Assembly: GCF_009914755.1 (NCBI RefSeq)
Contig: NC_060930.1
Source of the DNA: the human T2T-CHM13v2.0 reference genome, Homo sapiens
DNA length: 64,000 nt
Direction: 5' to 3' (one strand)
Below, piece by piece: positions 30,854 through 47,518 of this stretch. The position numbers were made by a program, and so were the translations under genes. The notes beneath the pieces are model-generated. The model had not been told where the DNA came from, made no database searches, and saw nothing but the letters and a program-made list of their open reading frames with translations. Positions within the stretch are counted from its first letter, which is position 1. Each line of letters opens with the position of its first letter.

Positions 30854-31222
30854 TGATATGGTTGGTTCTGTGTCCCTATCCAAATCTCACCTCGAATTGT
30901 AATCCCCACATGTCGAGGGAGGGACCTGATGGGAGGTGATTGGATCATGGGGGTGGTTTCCCCCATGCTGTTCTCATGATAGTGAGTGAGTTCTCATGAG
31001 ATCTGATAGTTTAAAAGTGTTTGGCAGTTCCCACCTCACTCACTCTTTCTGCTGCCACCATGTAAGATGTGCCTTGTTTCCCCTTCGCCTTCCTCCATGA
31101 TTGTAAAGTTTCCTGAGGCCTCCCCAGCCATGTGGAACTGTGAGTCAATTAAAATCTCTTTTCTTTATAAATTACCCAGTCTCTGATAGTTCTTTACAGA
31201 GGTGTGAAAATGGATTAATATA
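30854..31222 (+). mobile_element. ERVL-MaLR solo LTR (THE1D/MSTA-like)
   Basis: tgatatggtt..ctgtgtccc..caaatctca..ttcctgaggcctccccagccatg..aattacccagtctc; exact 5-bp TSD ACCAA. Confidence 0.95.
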
Positions 31223-31579
31223 ACCAACAATTCTTGGAAAGAACTTCATTTATTCTGAGATTTTTATCTTTGCTACATTTTGATGTTGAAATACATGCCT
31301 TCTTTTTAAAAAATGGTGACAGTACATATAAGCCTTTGTCTCTTTGTCTCTTTGTCTCTTTTCCTTTCTTTAATGTCCTATGTAGCAAAATAAAGATTCA
31401 GCAACTCTGTCTTGTTCCTCCATTTTTAACTTTATTGGCCAACAAAATCAAAAAATCTAGACTCCAGTACTCTACAGATCACCCTATATCTCCAACAGCA
31501 GACAAGATAGAGAAGGCATTTTATGGTTCAGTTGCATTACATCATCCTATGGGACATGCCTGTCAACATCAAGCATTCA

Positions 31580-31948
<369 letters not shown>

Positions 31949-33369
31949 CTAGGATCTTCTTCAAAAACCCTCAGAATCATTGCAACTAATTCAGAACAGT
32001 TGACCTTCTTCCAAATCAATATGGTCCCCAGGAAATTTGTAGATTCTGAGCTCTGAGTTTTGATGGGAGAAGCCAATATTTACCTAATGTGTACCCAATC
32101 AGTTCCATGCTAGACATGGATTGTCAGATAATCAATAAATACACTTTTAAGTAGCATGACATTAAAATCTCTAGTTAAGATACTAACTAATCACATATCT
32201 TCTCAATAATCATATACTGGCACGTACATAAAAAAAATCCATTCAGGAATATGTCAAGTACCTTGTAAACTGGTTACCTTACATCACTTAGATCTTTAAT
32301 AACCAAGAGATCAAAGACCTATAATTTCAATAAAACCCTAGTTATCTAGAGGAGGGAATGCACTACCCCCAAATTGTCCAAATAAATGGCAGGAATAGTT
32401 TACTCGTTAGCAGGATCTACAAAATAAATATTAACAAAAATATCCATTCTGGCCCAGTCCTGACACGTTCCCCTATTGTGAGCTATTTTAGTAAAATTCA
32501 ACTTCTATGTGATCAACTTCCTTTTTTCGAAACAACACCAAATAAGCTTTTCCTCTTAGTCCTGCTGACTCTACTTTAAATTAGATTATAGCAAACTGGG
32601 CTATTTGAACAACAGACCATGTACACAGTTGCTACAGGACTGTCTGTAAGGTTTATTGAACCTCAAAACTCTGCTTAAAGTATCAAGACCTGTTAAATGA
32701 GCATTAGAAATATCTGTGAAGTGTCATCGTGTTTGTGCTATGACTCAAACACAGTGCAAATGCTCTCTCAATCCATTTTCTCTAGGCACCAGGCACCACT
32801 TATAAATTTCATTTTTAAATGGAGAAAGAAGAATGAAGGGAAAAAAAGAAATAGAAGAAACACGAAGACTTGGAGAAGAGGAAAAGGAAAATGAGAAAGT
32901 GACTACATATTCAGGTCAGGGGGAGTTTTCATTGGAAAAGAGATTGATAAAATACAAATACAAATGAAAGTGAACCTGGAGTTTAATTTCCAAGGATTCA
33001 GTATGAAAACACGCTTTATAGACCGTGTAGTGCTAAGGCATGGCTCATTATTTCTAACATTCTGGAGAAACCAATAGCCAACATCAAGCATAGAACTCTT
33101 AGCTCACTGCCTTCTGTGAACCATCTGTGCAACATACTCATAAAGCTCCCCACTGAAGATCAAATGAAAGCAGAAGGCAGTGCTAGTCTCTCCTCTCCGC
33201 CCCACCTCTACTGGTAAATATGAGCCCAACCTTCGTGTGTCTGTTCAAACACCAACTCCTCCAGGAAGCCTTCTCTGATAGTCTCGGGGCCAGGTAGGTG
33301 CTTTGCCTGGTGCTTCTGTGGTTATTTCTATCATAATAGGTGGAATGTCATTTTGTGTATCAACTTACA

Positions 33370-33656
33370 CAGTTGTCCCTTGAACAGTAGGGATTCAAAC
33401 TGCACAGGTCCACTTAAACACAGATATTTTCCAATAAATACAGTCAGCCTTCTGTATCCATGGATTCCAAATCCATGACTAAATGGGGATGAAGACAGCG
33501 TTTGTGGGATGCAGGATGAGAAACTCAAGGATACAGGGAGCCGACTTTTCGTGTAGGTGGGTTCTGCAGGACCCACTGTGGGACTTGAGTATGCACAGAC
33601 TTTGGTCTCCATGGGGTTCCTGGAACTAAACCCCCACAGATACCAAGGGATGACTG
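33370..33656. mobile_element. MER2-like TcMar-Tigger MITE inside L2 remnant
   Basis: TIRs cagttgtcccttg / caagggatgactg. Confidence 0.85.
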
Positions 33657-35292
33657 GATTGCAACTACTGATTGACTCTTCATCTTTTTGATGAGCTACC
33701 TGAGAACAGGCTGGTTTTAATCATTTTTCACCTCCATTTTTTGCCTCTTGTTTGACACATAATTGGTGACAAATTAATGACAAAGAATTGGCCAGAACCA
33801 GCTTTGTGAAGAAAAGCGCCCCAGAGTTATTCAGCCTCTGGGGGAGGAGCTCCCTGAAATCCTCCATAAAGTTGCTGAGTGATTTATCCGAATCCCAGGA
33901 TCAAGGGGCTATCGGTGCCAATTACAATGCAAATAGCCTGACAAAATGTTCTCATAACCTCAGATAAAAGTATTATTTTATTTAGTTAGTGATTAATAAT
34001 TGTATGTGGTTTCATTCCTTTCAGAACACTTAGGTATTAAGTATTTTATATTTAAATGAGGAAGTTAAAGACATTTCAAAAATCTTCGTTCTAGTTAAGA
34101 GACTATGATATGATTACATTAAAGATTAATACTGATTTTTCCTATTTTCTGTATAGGATAGTTTTAATTCTTGAAGAAGCATCATTCAAATGTTAGCCCT
34201 AAAATCCTTTTCTTGGAATTGTTTTTCAAACACAAGTTTGACATGGTGAAAAAATAGTTTAAAATGGCCACCCAAACCCTGTAATTAGGCAGAAGTGAGT
34301 CAGCATAGAAATCTTAAGGAGTCAAAGTACATGGAAACAAAAAAGTCTAAACAAAACAAAACAAAACCAAAATGACAAGAAAGGAAGAAAAGTACACAGC
34401 TTCCCTTTCCTTGTATTGGGCCATATTAGCAAAAACAAAAAATAAACCAGTCAATTGTTGTTAAGCCCCAGGAAGTATCATGTTTGTATTTCTCCTATAT
34501 GCCAGGAGAAGCATCACCCTAAATACCAGAAGACCTTGTAATAGTACACTCCTTCTCTGTCACTGACCTTCTGCATGACCTTGGGCAATGTGCTGACCGA
34601 AGATCTACTCATCACTGTGATCCTTAGTATCCATGTGACCTTGAAGAAGTCATTTTACCTGCAAGTACCATTCTAGTGGCTTCCTGCCTTATCAGTGCCC
34701 CCCATCCCACCCCAGTCCATCCTCCAAACCACAGATAGAGTATTTCTAACACACACAAAAAGTCCACAATATTCCTCTGCAGAAAACCCTCTTATAACTG
34801 CCCATCTTAAGTAGAAAAATATCCATAGTATTCATTAGAGCTTAGAAGGTCCACATGAACCCCTAAGGACTCCTCCACCTGCATCTCCTCCCTCCTTCTC
34901 CACTCCTTTCTAGCCACACTGGCCTTCTTTCTGTCCCATCACCACATCTCTGGTCCCTTCTGCCAGAAAGGCTTCCCTGTGGATGTTGGGTGGACGGCCT
35001 CCTTCCCATTGCTTGGACCTCCACTGAAATATCACTTCTTCCACAGGGTCTTCCATGACAGAGCAGACAGAGCAGTATCCTCTCCACTCCCAACCCCTGG
35101 CCACTCCCTAGCCCATTGCCCTACTTCATCTTCAGAGCATTTGTCAGTCCTTGAAGTAATTTGTTTGAATTATTACTGCATTGTCCCTCTTCCTCAACAC
35201 AGAACTCAAGATGCTCAAGGGAGAAGACACCATCTAGTTCCATTCAGCATCCCTGTATTTTTTTTTAATAAAAACAGCTTTATTAAAACATT

Positions 35293-35586
<294 letters not shown>

Positions 35587-36399
35587 ATACACACACAAAG
35601 AAACACATTAATTTATTATGTATTATTATTTAATTAGTTACCTAACTAGTTAGTGTATATGCTGCTGAATTTGAGCGGCTGTGTATTGTAGAAATATTTC
35701 AGAGGACAATGAATAAACTGCAATTAGGACAAGGTGCACATTTTCCATTTTTGTTTACCCCAGGCTGCCACTTAAAATCAAATGCTATCATATTTGATTA
35801 TTCCTTCCTTTCTAACACATCATAAAGTTTTGTATCTCCATGCTTCTGCTTGTGTTCCTCCAACTAGGATTACAATAGCAGACCCTTCGGAAACTCACCC
35901 AGATCCCCTTTACCTGGCTATGCTGCAGCCATCCCCAGCTGCTGCTAGGCCTGAAACTAATGGCTTACATCTGAGGCTTTTGCCAAAGGATTACCTTGGC
36001 TATCAAGAGATGCCAGGAGACTTTATTCTCAAAAGCTCTTCATGGCACCCCCATATTGGTAACAGTCCCTAGCACATGGTAAATACACAAAAATATTTAT
36101 CAGCTGCCTGACTAACTCAAATTTATCAAGAGGGGCAAGTGATATCCCATAAAGAATATTCTTCATGAAACATAAGCAGCTTGCAAATGCTACTTCCGAT
36201 AGCTATGTGTATTTCTCTGGAACCTGGCTTCCTCATTTGTAAAACTCATACAAGATTTCTGTGAGAGTCAAATGAAATCATTCTTCTCAAAGCCATGCAA
36301 AAGCACTAGACAAGTGGAAAGTAGTATATTTCTCATTCACATGGGGAAATATTTGTGGAACAAGAAATTTGCGGGGGTTGTGGATGAAGTCACAATAAT

Positions 36400-37250
36400 C
36401 ACTCACCCATCCATCTGTCCATTAAATGTTTATTTAGTTTCAAATGTGTGCTAGGCACAGTCATAAATGATGTGGGTAAATGAAAAGATATTGGGCACTG
36501 GCTCTGACTTTAAGAATTTAATAATTAGAGAAATAAACCAGATACACAAAATCTCTAATCAAAAGCAGATTGTGATAACAACATGAAAAAATCATCAAAA
36601 AAAGAAACACTATGGGAATACAGAGAGTTCAGAAGAGGGAAGAATTACCCTGACCTAGAGGACTAGAGATGTTCTCATGAAGGAATCTACATCTGAAGCT
36701 ACCATTTTGAAAGATACTTAGAAGGTGGGATTGGGGTGGGAGTCAGGGGCAAGTGGTCCTGCAAGTGGAGAAACTTTATACCTACAGGTACGAGGGCAGG
36801 AATGTCTGGAACGCTTTTGGGGAACAGCAGGCCGTTTGTTGGGCTGACGATAAGGGCAAAATTGGCAGCAAGACTGCAATGGCAGCCTGAAGACAGGCCA
36901 AGGGCCTAAAATACCAAGCCAAAGACTCAGGAGTTAATTTAAGAAGCAATGAGAATTCACTGGAAGCTTTTGTGCAGGTGAATCAATGTGATCAGAACTG
37001 CATCTTAGGAAGACTAATTGGGAGGTGGTTTTTAGGAGGAGAGAGAGAGGGACTAGAGACAGGGAAAGAAAAATAGCCTGCTATTTCAATAACTCAGGTC
37101 AGGGCTGATGAGGGCCTCAACTAGGCAGTGGGAGCAGAAGGCAGGAGAGAGGCTGGGGGAGAGCCACCGGGCTGCGTGACTGACTGCCAGGAGAGCAGGC
37201 TGTGAATGAAGATGAGCTGTTAAAGCCAGAGGCAAAAATATAAACACGAA
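36400..37250 (-). mobile_element. L2 fragment
   Basis: aaatgtttattt..tgtgtgctaggcac start and purine-rich body. Confidence 0.7.
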
Positions 37251-37529
37251 TTTTAGCAAAGTCTTAAAATCAGTTAGATATTCAACCATATGGCTTACAA
37301 TCATTTTTTGAAATCTTGAGGAGAAAGGGTGAATTTTTCTGTCTACCTTTTTCTTGTATATATAGTCACTGAGAATTTTTCACCCAACTATCCACTTGCA
37401 GTTCTGTTCTTTCATTTAGTACAGATATTGAATAATCAAATGACTTTGGTAGACAACTCTTCAAGATATGTCTTGTTAAGATTAAATGTGAATTTCCAAA
37501 ATTAATTTCACCTCCTTCTGTGTTTAAAC

Positions 37530-37637
37530 TTTTTGGGGTTTTTTTTGTTTTTTTGTTTTTCTGTAAAGACGGGGTTTCACCATGTTGCCCAGGCTGGTCT
37601 TGAACTCTGGGGCTCAAGCCATCCACCCACCTTGGCC
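37530..37637 (-). mobile_element. Alu left monomer (FLAM/AluJ)
   Basis: gacggggtttcaccatgttgcccaggctggtcttgaactc. Confidence 0.9.
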
Positions 37638-37884
37638 TGGTGGAAACTTTGACTTCCTCCTCTGTCGCTGGCCAAGGGCCACAGTTTGCAGGATTTATTT
37701 TTCCTTATTGCTTCTTTTGTTTATTTTAGCTGATTTTTTTTTCCTCATTTCAATATTTAAAAAACTACTTCAGAAAAACATCAAAATATGAGGATTGTTG
37801 TGTTGAAATAATCTGCATAAGCTTCTAGAAGCTGGAATTAGAAATATTTATCTCCTCTGTTTGTCTCATATTTGATCTGCCTAT

Positions 37885-38610
37885 TTGATGGTCTACCTTC
37901 CAAACGGATTCAAAATCTAACCATTCCATTTCTCTGCCACCCCACTGCTATCCCGATGGAATCGCTGCCATCTTTTGCAATAGCTTACTGTATACCCTCT
38001 CTTAGTTTTCTGATTCTATGCCTACCTCCCACTTCCCAGTGTCTGTTGCACAGAGCAGATTGGGGGCTCCATTTGAAATGTTGATTATATCCCTCCTCTG
38101 CTCAAACCTTTCAAAGGCTCCCTAAAGTCCTTACCTGGCCCATATGCCCTCCACGATATGGCTACCACTATGCTTTGGCTTCATTTCCTACTACTCTCAT
38201 CTTGGTTCACCCCGCGTCAGCCACAGAGGGCTCCTTGCAGTACCACACACCAAGGAGACCTTGACTCTCACTGTTCCCTTTGCTTGGAAAACTTTTCCCC
38301 CAAATATCCACTTGGCTGACTCTCACACCACCTTTCAAGGTTTCGCTCAGATCTTAGCTCTCAGTCGGACGTGTCCTGGCTCCTCTATTCTTTGCCACAA
38401 CCCAATCTCTACCCCATCACATCCTGACTCACTGGACTCCACTTCTGATGTAGCATATATTTTCCTTATTATGTGGATTTTTTATTAACAGTCTCCCTCA
38501 ACTAGAGGTTTGGCTCCATGATGAACATGAATCACAGTCCACTTTATTCACTGATGTGTTCCAAGTATTTAGAATGCTGGCTCTCAATAAATACTTCTTG
38601 AATGAATGAA
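37885..38610 (+). mobile_element. L2 3' fragment
   Basis: Ends ctcaataaatacttcttgaatgaatgaa. Confidence 0.8.
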
Positions 38611-39343
38611 TATGCCCAGAAGCATAGACCAGGTTATCTCATGATGCTTTTTTAAAATTAAACTTGAAGGAAAAATACCTGGAGTAAATTTTTAGTGACT
38701 TTTATAGCTCTTAACTCACTTTGTAGCTTATAAAATTATCAGATTTGAAATAGAAAGTTGGTTCTTTTTGCTCTTTTGTGAAACTAAAGGAATCACAGAT
38801 AATGATTTCTACAAATTGTCTTCCAGAGTGAAACTAAAAGACTCACATCTATTTGGAGCCTTTTCAGTAAGCCTGTTAAAAGCTGCCCACTTGCAACTTC
38901 TTTGAGAATAAATGGATGTTCTTTCCACTATCAACCCTCTGAAACCTTCTGAAGAAGGAGGAACATAACATAAAAACCTCTTCTTCACTGAAGGAAGATT
39001 TCCTGACATGTTCTTTATTATCTCGTGAAATGTCATTCAGCCCATTAGAAGCAGAAGTCCAAACTGGTTTCATTGTTTATCTTGACTCTATAGCAATTAG
39101 AATGATTAGACTGAATTAAATATTTTCAAGATTTTAAATTTTTTTGAATTTTCCAAAATAGTATTATTTTATACTGTTGAGTTCATTATCACAAAATGGA
39201 AGTACATCACCCAAAATAAAATTTTAACCAAAAACTTGGGGAAAAAAATATTTTTGCCCCTAGGCTTGTATATCTAAGTCATCGCTAGCCTATACTGTAT
39301 TGGGCCAAACACTAGCTCAATTCACTCTCTGCATAAAAGCTAT

Positions 39344-39666
<323 letters not shown>

Positions 39667-41109
39667 TTAAATAAAAAGCCTAAATGTTAGTTTAACCAAG
39701 TGCCTTCCATGTCTGTTTTTCAGAAAGAGAAGAAAACAAAAACAAAATCTGTCTGGGAAATATGTGATCAGGAGGAACACATTCTGTTTCTAAGGGGGAA
39801 AAAAAATCTAACTGTTCAACATTTATCTGACGATTTCCAATATATTTCTTTAGAAAATGTCAGCATTAATGGCCTGCCAAAAAATGCTCAACTTAGAACT
39901 TCTAAAAAATAACATTTGATTGATGATTCAAAAAATTTAAAGATACTTCTGAGTTCAGTGACCTAACTTACTGGCTTCATGAGTATCCCTTCATTTATTT
40001 ATTTTAAATCAAGTATTCCCTGAACTTCTATTGTGCATCAGGTTAGACTGTCATTATATAATGCAATTGAGCCATGACCCCTTGTCTAAGAAGGCAATTT
40101 GGTTGCTTTTATTTCACCAGGGAGAGTTCTAGAAGGCCCTCCATGATATGGCTACTCGGTTGCTTTTATTTCACCAGTGTGTTCTAGATGCCTGACAATG
40201 CTCTTAGCAAAGTAACCTGAGATACTAGTTTGCCATTATAAAACTGAAAATGCCAGTATTTTACAACTAAATAATCATAAAAAGAGGTATATTGGTGGGC
40301 ACAGTGTGAGGGAGAATGAACTTGAGGAAAAAATGGAGGGAGAACAACTAAACATTTGTATGTTACAGGTTAAAATAGGAGAGAGACACAGAAGCAGACA
40401 TAGAGACAAAGACAGAGACAGAGAGAAACTTAGCAAAAATACATAATCCTCTCTTAAATCAACAACAAGGAACATTTTTTGAAGACCTATTCAATACAAA
40501 GTTGATAATGTCTTTAGAGGCATTAAAGGGTAAACTAATCAGAAAGTTGTCAAAAGCTGAGAAACATTGTAAGGTCTGAAGATATCATTAAGTTTGAAAG
40601 ATATAAAGAAAATAAAAGCTTTTTCTAAAATCCAAAATTGATTTTTAAAAAGGAGAAGGATTACACTGGGGAGAAGCTATGAATATAGTAAGAAAGAATA
40701 ATATTATAAATGTAGTTCAAAAATTGTTCTAAATTTTACCATATTCAAAGTTTAATTTTATTTATATCTTGCTTAATTTTGGCTAATCATATTTAATAGA
40801 TAGTTTAATAAACATTTATTCAACAATATTTATGTCTTTTCTTGGCTGCTAGCCAAATAAATTAGAAAATGACCACAATTCTCCACTGACAGTGTGAAAA
40901 AACAGTAGAGGTCATTATTTAAATAATCAATATAATACCTTAAATCCAGGAACTTGCAAAACACAATAAAGATAAAAACTATCACACTGAACAGAAATTC
41001 TGGCAGAAAAGGTCTGGTAAGTGAATGAGCTACTGTAACCTGTCAGAACTTGCCATCATTTGGGTCTATAATGGACAGGTGTCATGGTTCAGTAGAAACA
41101 GCATGTCCT

Positions 41110-41451
<342 letters not shown>

Positions 41452-41711
41452 TCAGGCACTCACTGGACACTTGAGCATGCCATTCAACATCTCTGAACCT
41501 CAGTTTCCTTAACCATGAAATGAAGACAGGAATATCTACTTCCTCATGACCTAGAATAGGAAACAATTTTTGAAACCAGTGGGAAAAAAAGGCACTCACC
41601 ACAATGAAGGTGATGGATAAATCTGACATATTAAAATCAAGAACATGTGTTTACAAAGAGAAATTGTGGAACAGTTTAAAAAAGATTAAAAGTGACATTT
41701 GTTCACTTTTA

Positions 41712-41791
41712 ATAGGTTGGTGCAAAAGTGATTGTGTTTTTTGCATTATTTTTCATAGCAAAAAGCAGAACTACTTTTGCACCAAACTATA
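41712..41791. mobile_element. MADE1 (Hsmar1-derived MITE)
   Basis: taggttggtgcaaaagtgattg...ctacttttgcaccaaacta, ~80-bp palindrome. Confidence 0.92.
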
Positions 41792-42744
41792 GCTGTAGAG
41801 CTGACAAAGGACTAACACATAGAATAATAAATTAAGAAATCCTATCATTCATAAAGAAAAAGGAGGAGGAGGAAGCAGCTAAAAATGTAGGAAAGACTTA
41901 GACACTTCACAAAAGAGAAAGTTCTAATGGCTAACAAACATGAGAAGGTGCTTGGCCTCATTAAATGCAATGCATTAAATAAAATGCAAATTAAATCATA
42001 CTACTTCCAGGGTTGCCTGGAGAATTAAAAGTTTATGCATTTAAAGCACCTACATACATCCTAGTACATGGTAGGTATAAAACCAAAAATCACCTTCCCC
42101 AATGATCATTGTATGACCCTTCCTCGGGGCCATTACTGTAATGCTAAGAGCATCTAAATATGAAGCTAACTCTCCATAGACTTCACATTAATTAATAATG
42201 TGAACTTACATTTGGTGCTTCCAAAGCTTAGAATCAAATTTGAATTCCTCTCTAGTGAATACACAAATCGCTCCATGTGCACTTTTAATGCACTAACCCC
42301 ACTCCTGACTTCCTGCTCTCTTTCTGGCTCTCCTTTTTTCTTTCTGCTCTTTTTTCATCCTAAATTCATTTTGCATTGTTATAGTACATGCACATAGGCA
42401 AGGCATTTAAATTCTTCCTGAGAAAAAGTAGAACATAAATAAACACTGTCAAAGAAGTCTTTGCAAGCACTGGCCTGTCACCTAGAAGCCTTTGCATCCT
42501 CATGAATTCTCTGAGTACGGTACATCTTCGGGTCACACACAAATATACCAAGTTTATCATACCACTGGGTTGCTATGGAGAAGGCTCAAAATCAGCACCC
42601 TGAAAATTGCACTTGCTCGTTGGCAGGTATCTTAATTTAGCCCATTCTAAAAATTTATTGGTCAAGCTACTTCCTATTCAATTGGAAGAAATGACATCCA
42701 CATGTCTGATCGATGACCAACAGACTACTTATGTCGGTACATAC

Positions 42745-42830
42745 CAAAGACTGAGTCTGGGAAGCGTGAGGAGGGGGTGGTGTCTCCGCAGCTATTTCTG
42801 GATCTTCCTGTTCACTTTCACTGTAACATT
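42745..42830 (-). CDS. IPCEF1: IPCEF1 internal coding exon, 86 nt
   Basis: tttgttatag|AATGTTAC...TCTTTG|gtatgt; (E)CYSESEQEDPEIAAETPPPPHASQTQSL; lies inside ORF 42667..42891. Confidence 0.96.
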
Positions 42831-44192
42831 CTATAACAAAAATGAAAATGCTTAATGTTTTAACGCTGTCATCGCTTATTCCATAATGCATGAGCAGAGG
42901 TTTATCTCCATCTGGCTATTGCAATTTCAATCCAATTCAGAAAGTTCATATCTAATGAACTACCTGGTAACTACCTGGTGCAAAGGAATTACATAAGAGG
43001 CAGAAACAAATGGCCAATTCGGGGCTCCTGACCTCAAAGAGCATCCAATATGCAGGAAGAAGACAAATCGTAGCTTGGGGAAAATAAAATAATTCCTCAA
43101 AAGAGGTGTGAGTCATAATACCAAGAGAACACAAAATCAGTGGTGATTAATTTTGATTGTAGGAATCCTAATGAATTGAAACTGGCAGGATCACTAAACT
43201 ATCAGTGGTGCACAACTTGTGAAGGGGAGTCTCTGGCTGAGGGAGCAGGCTGGGCCAAGTATGTGGAGACCCCTACAAGATATGGCAGAAAACGAAGCTA
43301 GAAGGTGGTGGAGGCCATGTCATAGAAGGCCTTACATACCAGGACAAGGAGAAGTTTTGTGTGTAGTTTTGTACTAACTCACAATCTATAAATAGACAAT
43401 GGGTACTTATTTTATGGAAAAGAGGACCAAGAAGATGGCTAGGACACCACCGATTTCATGGTATTGCACGGTACCCCTTTACTGTTTCAAATCAAGTTGC
43501 CACTTTTCCATTTCTAACTAACTCTAAGATTTTATGATTTTGTTATCAGAAGATATAACTCCCTGCTTCCAATTTCCAAGGCCTTTTGTGGTCTGGGCAT
43601 TTCAGAAAGACTATGAGTTCAGTGGCCCTGGCAGCTAAATCCTCCCTCTTCTCAACACTAAGGTGTAATCACATCATTAAGAATTAGACTCCTGTAGCTT
43701 TTGAACCCTGAAAGCTACCGACTGAGCTAAAAATATGGCCTGTGTCCCAGTATGACCTTCAGGTTCCTGGTACAATCTTAGGGTAATTAGCCTCAGTACA
43801 CACCTGGTGGAAATATTAAAATATCAGGGAGGAAATAGTGGGATGAAAGTTAACTGACCAGATCATGACGAGATCATGTCTATCAGTAAGAATTCCACAA
43901 GTGGAGCAATTAAACATTTGCATCGGTGACTGTTTGAGATGTCATGAAGCCCACAGCTGCCGGAGTGTGGGTGAAGTGTGAAAAGCATTCATAGCCAGCA
44001 TGGGAAGCTCTATTCCATGTTGGTGAGTCTGTGTGAATATGTCTGTCTCCACATATTTTCAGATCATCTTAAATGCCAAAGCATGTTTCCTCAGGATCAG
44101 ACTATACATAGAACTTGACATTGTTTTTTCACCCTGTTTCAACCTGTTCTAATATTCTTGCTAAATTTTCAGAAATTTAAAATAGAACATAC

Positions 44193-44251
44193 CTTCATCC
44201 TTTGTAGTGGATTCCTGATGGATTACAGCCGATCCAAGTTTATTTAACCAC
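44193..44251 (-). CDS. IPCEF1: IPCEF1 internal coding exon (end of PH helix), 59 nt
   Basis: tttgaattttag|GTGGTTAAAT...GATGAAG|gtatgt; (V)WLNKLGSAVIHQESTTKDE(E); contains the conserved PH-domain Trp. Confidence 0.96.
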
Positions 44252-45301
44252 CTAAAATTCAAATAGAAAGCAAATGTTGACCAAGGAGATTAGCCCCCCA
44301 CCCATTCACCTTCCCCCAGAGTTTGTTATGAAATTAGGTCATGATTCTACCATCAGTCTGCACATTTCCAGAAAGAGCATAAGTTTGTGCCATCGAAACC
44401 TAAGGCCTCTGGTTTCACAATACTTTCCATACTCAAGGTATCTTTTGTAAGGTAAGATGTGAGGTGGCCCATTACTCAGTTGGTTCATGAGGGCAGCTAA
44501 ATTAGGTATTCCAAATATATGAACAAACACATCTTCTGTAATCCTGCATTTGAAATTTTTAGCAACCATCAAATCCTTTATCACTGGATTTAGTAACTTG
44601 GCTATTAAAGTTATTAGGTGTTACTCTTAATAATGTCTTAATAATGTCAGTTTATTTTAGAAAAAATGTACGAAAAGATCATCCATTTAATCCAGGAATA
44701 TTTTTATGTCAATCAGTAAAAAAAATCTGGCTAGAATTTAACAGGTATTTTTAAACTAGAACAAATTTTAATTCCTTGAAGAATTTTATGTAAGGTAAAA
44801 ATTGAAAATGTCCTATTTACCATTTTACTGGCAATGAATTCCAATTAAACATCAATAACAAAAATAGAACGAGACAGAAACTCAAACTTGGCTTATCACT
44901 GCAGACCACTGTAGTTCCTTCTCAAGGGTTTACTTAGGAACATATCTTGAAACACAAATTTTTAAAAGCTGGGACACAAAGTGTGTCTATGACATATACT
45001 CCTAACTATATAATTTTCTACTTATTGGGAGGATCTTGCTTATTTCTGTACCTATTTTGAGACAGGGAAAATCCGTGCTACACGTTTATCAATTCGTCTA
45101 TGCTTTTGATGTCTTCCAGTCTCCCATGGGCAATGAACAAGCCATGAACAATTCAGCATACTACACTTGCACTAAGCCATAAATACTGCACCTTCCCACC
45201 TGTATAACTGTCAGATAATTAGGAATCCTTACGCAACCCTCAACCTGCCATGGTCTTGTTGTACCTGTTTTTTTGAATAGAAAATATATAACAAATTCAA
45301 T

Positions 45302-45620
<319 letters not shown>

Positions 45621-46561
45621 ATAGGAGTTTCTAAAGAACAAAGATGAGCTCCAGCCTTTGTTAAGAAATCACCTTCAGCACATAATAATCACAAACTCCT
45701 TAGTAGCCACTTAAAATTGGACCAATGAAGAGCCCAGATACGAAACAGGAACCCAAAAATGTATATCAAGTCTCAATAGGATAACAGGCAAAATAAAGGA
45801 ACAGAAATTTACAGAGAAATCAAATAGCTAGACAATATGCGAAAAAAATTTCTCAGCCTCAATAGTATTTTGAGAAATGCACACTCAAACACAGGAAAAT
45901 ATTTTCACCACTGGATTGGAAAAAACTTAAAAATATTATTGATTTCAAGTATTTAGCAGGAAACAGAAAAAGAAGCATTGTCACCTTTTGTTGAATTAAA
46001 CATGAAAACTGATACAGCCAATTCTGAGCAGGCAATTTGATGATAATATTAAAAATTTAAATATCCATCCCCTTCACCCAACAATTCCAATCATAAATAT
46101 CAATCCTATAGAAACACACTTTCATATACACAAATGTGGCAGAATGTTCACTGCCAACAAGGCTTGTAATGGCAAAAAGAAAAAACATTAATAAGAAAAT
46201 GGATAAATAAATTATTTATTCTATCAACACTGATTCTATCAATTTCCTGTTATAATGAAGCTAATGAGAGGACTAAGATGGGGGTGGGGGGTGGTTGTAA
46301 TGACCTGGAAAATATATGAACAAATTATGAACAAATATATCTTCTGTAATTGTGCCTTTGAAATTACAAATTTCCAAATTTGTAATGGAAATTTGTATAA
46401 AATGGAAAACCCTAATATACTCTTAATTGAGAAGATCAAGCATAGAATAGTATGTTTAGCCTGATCCACTGTACTTCAAAAACGATATGTTTTTGTATGT
46501 GCATGAATTGGTATGCATAGAAAAGTGTCAGGAAGAATATAATTTTACTGTTTAAAGTGAT

Positions 46562-47518
<957 letters not shown>

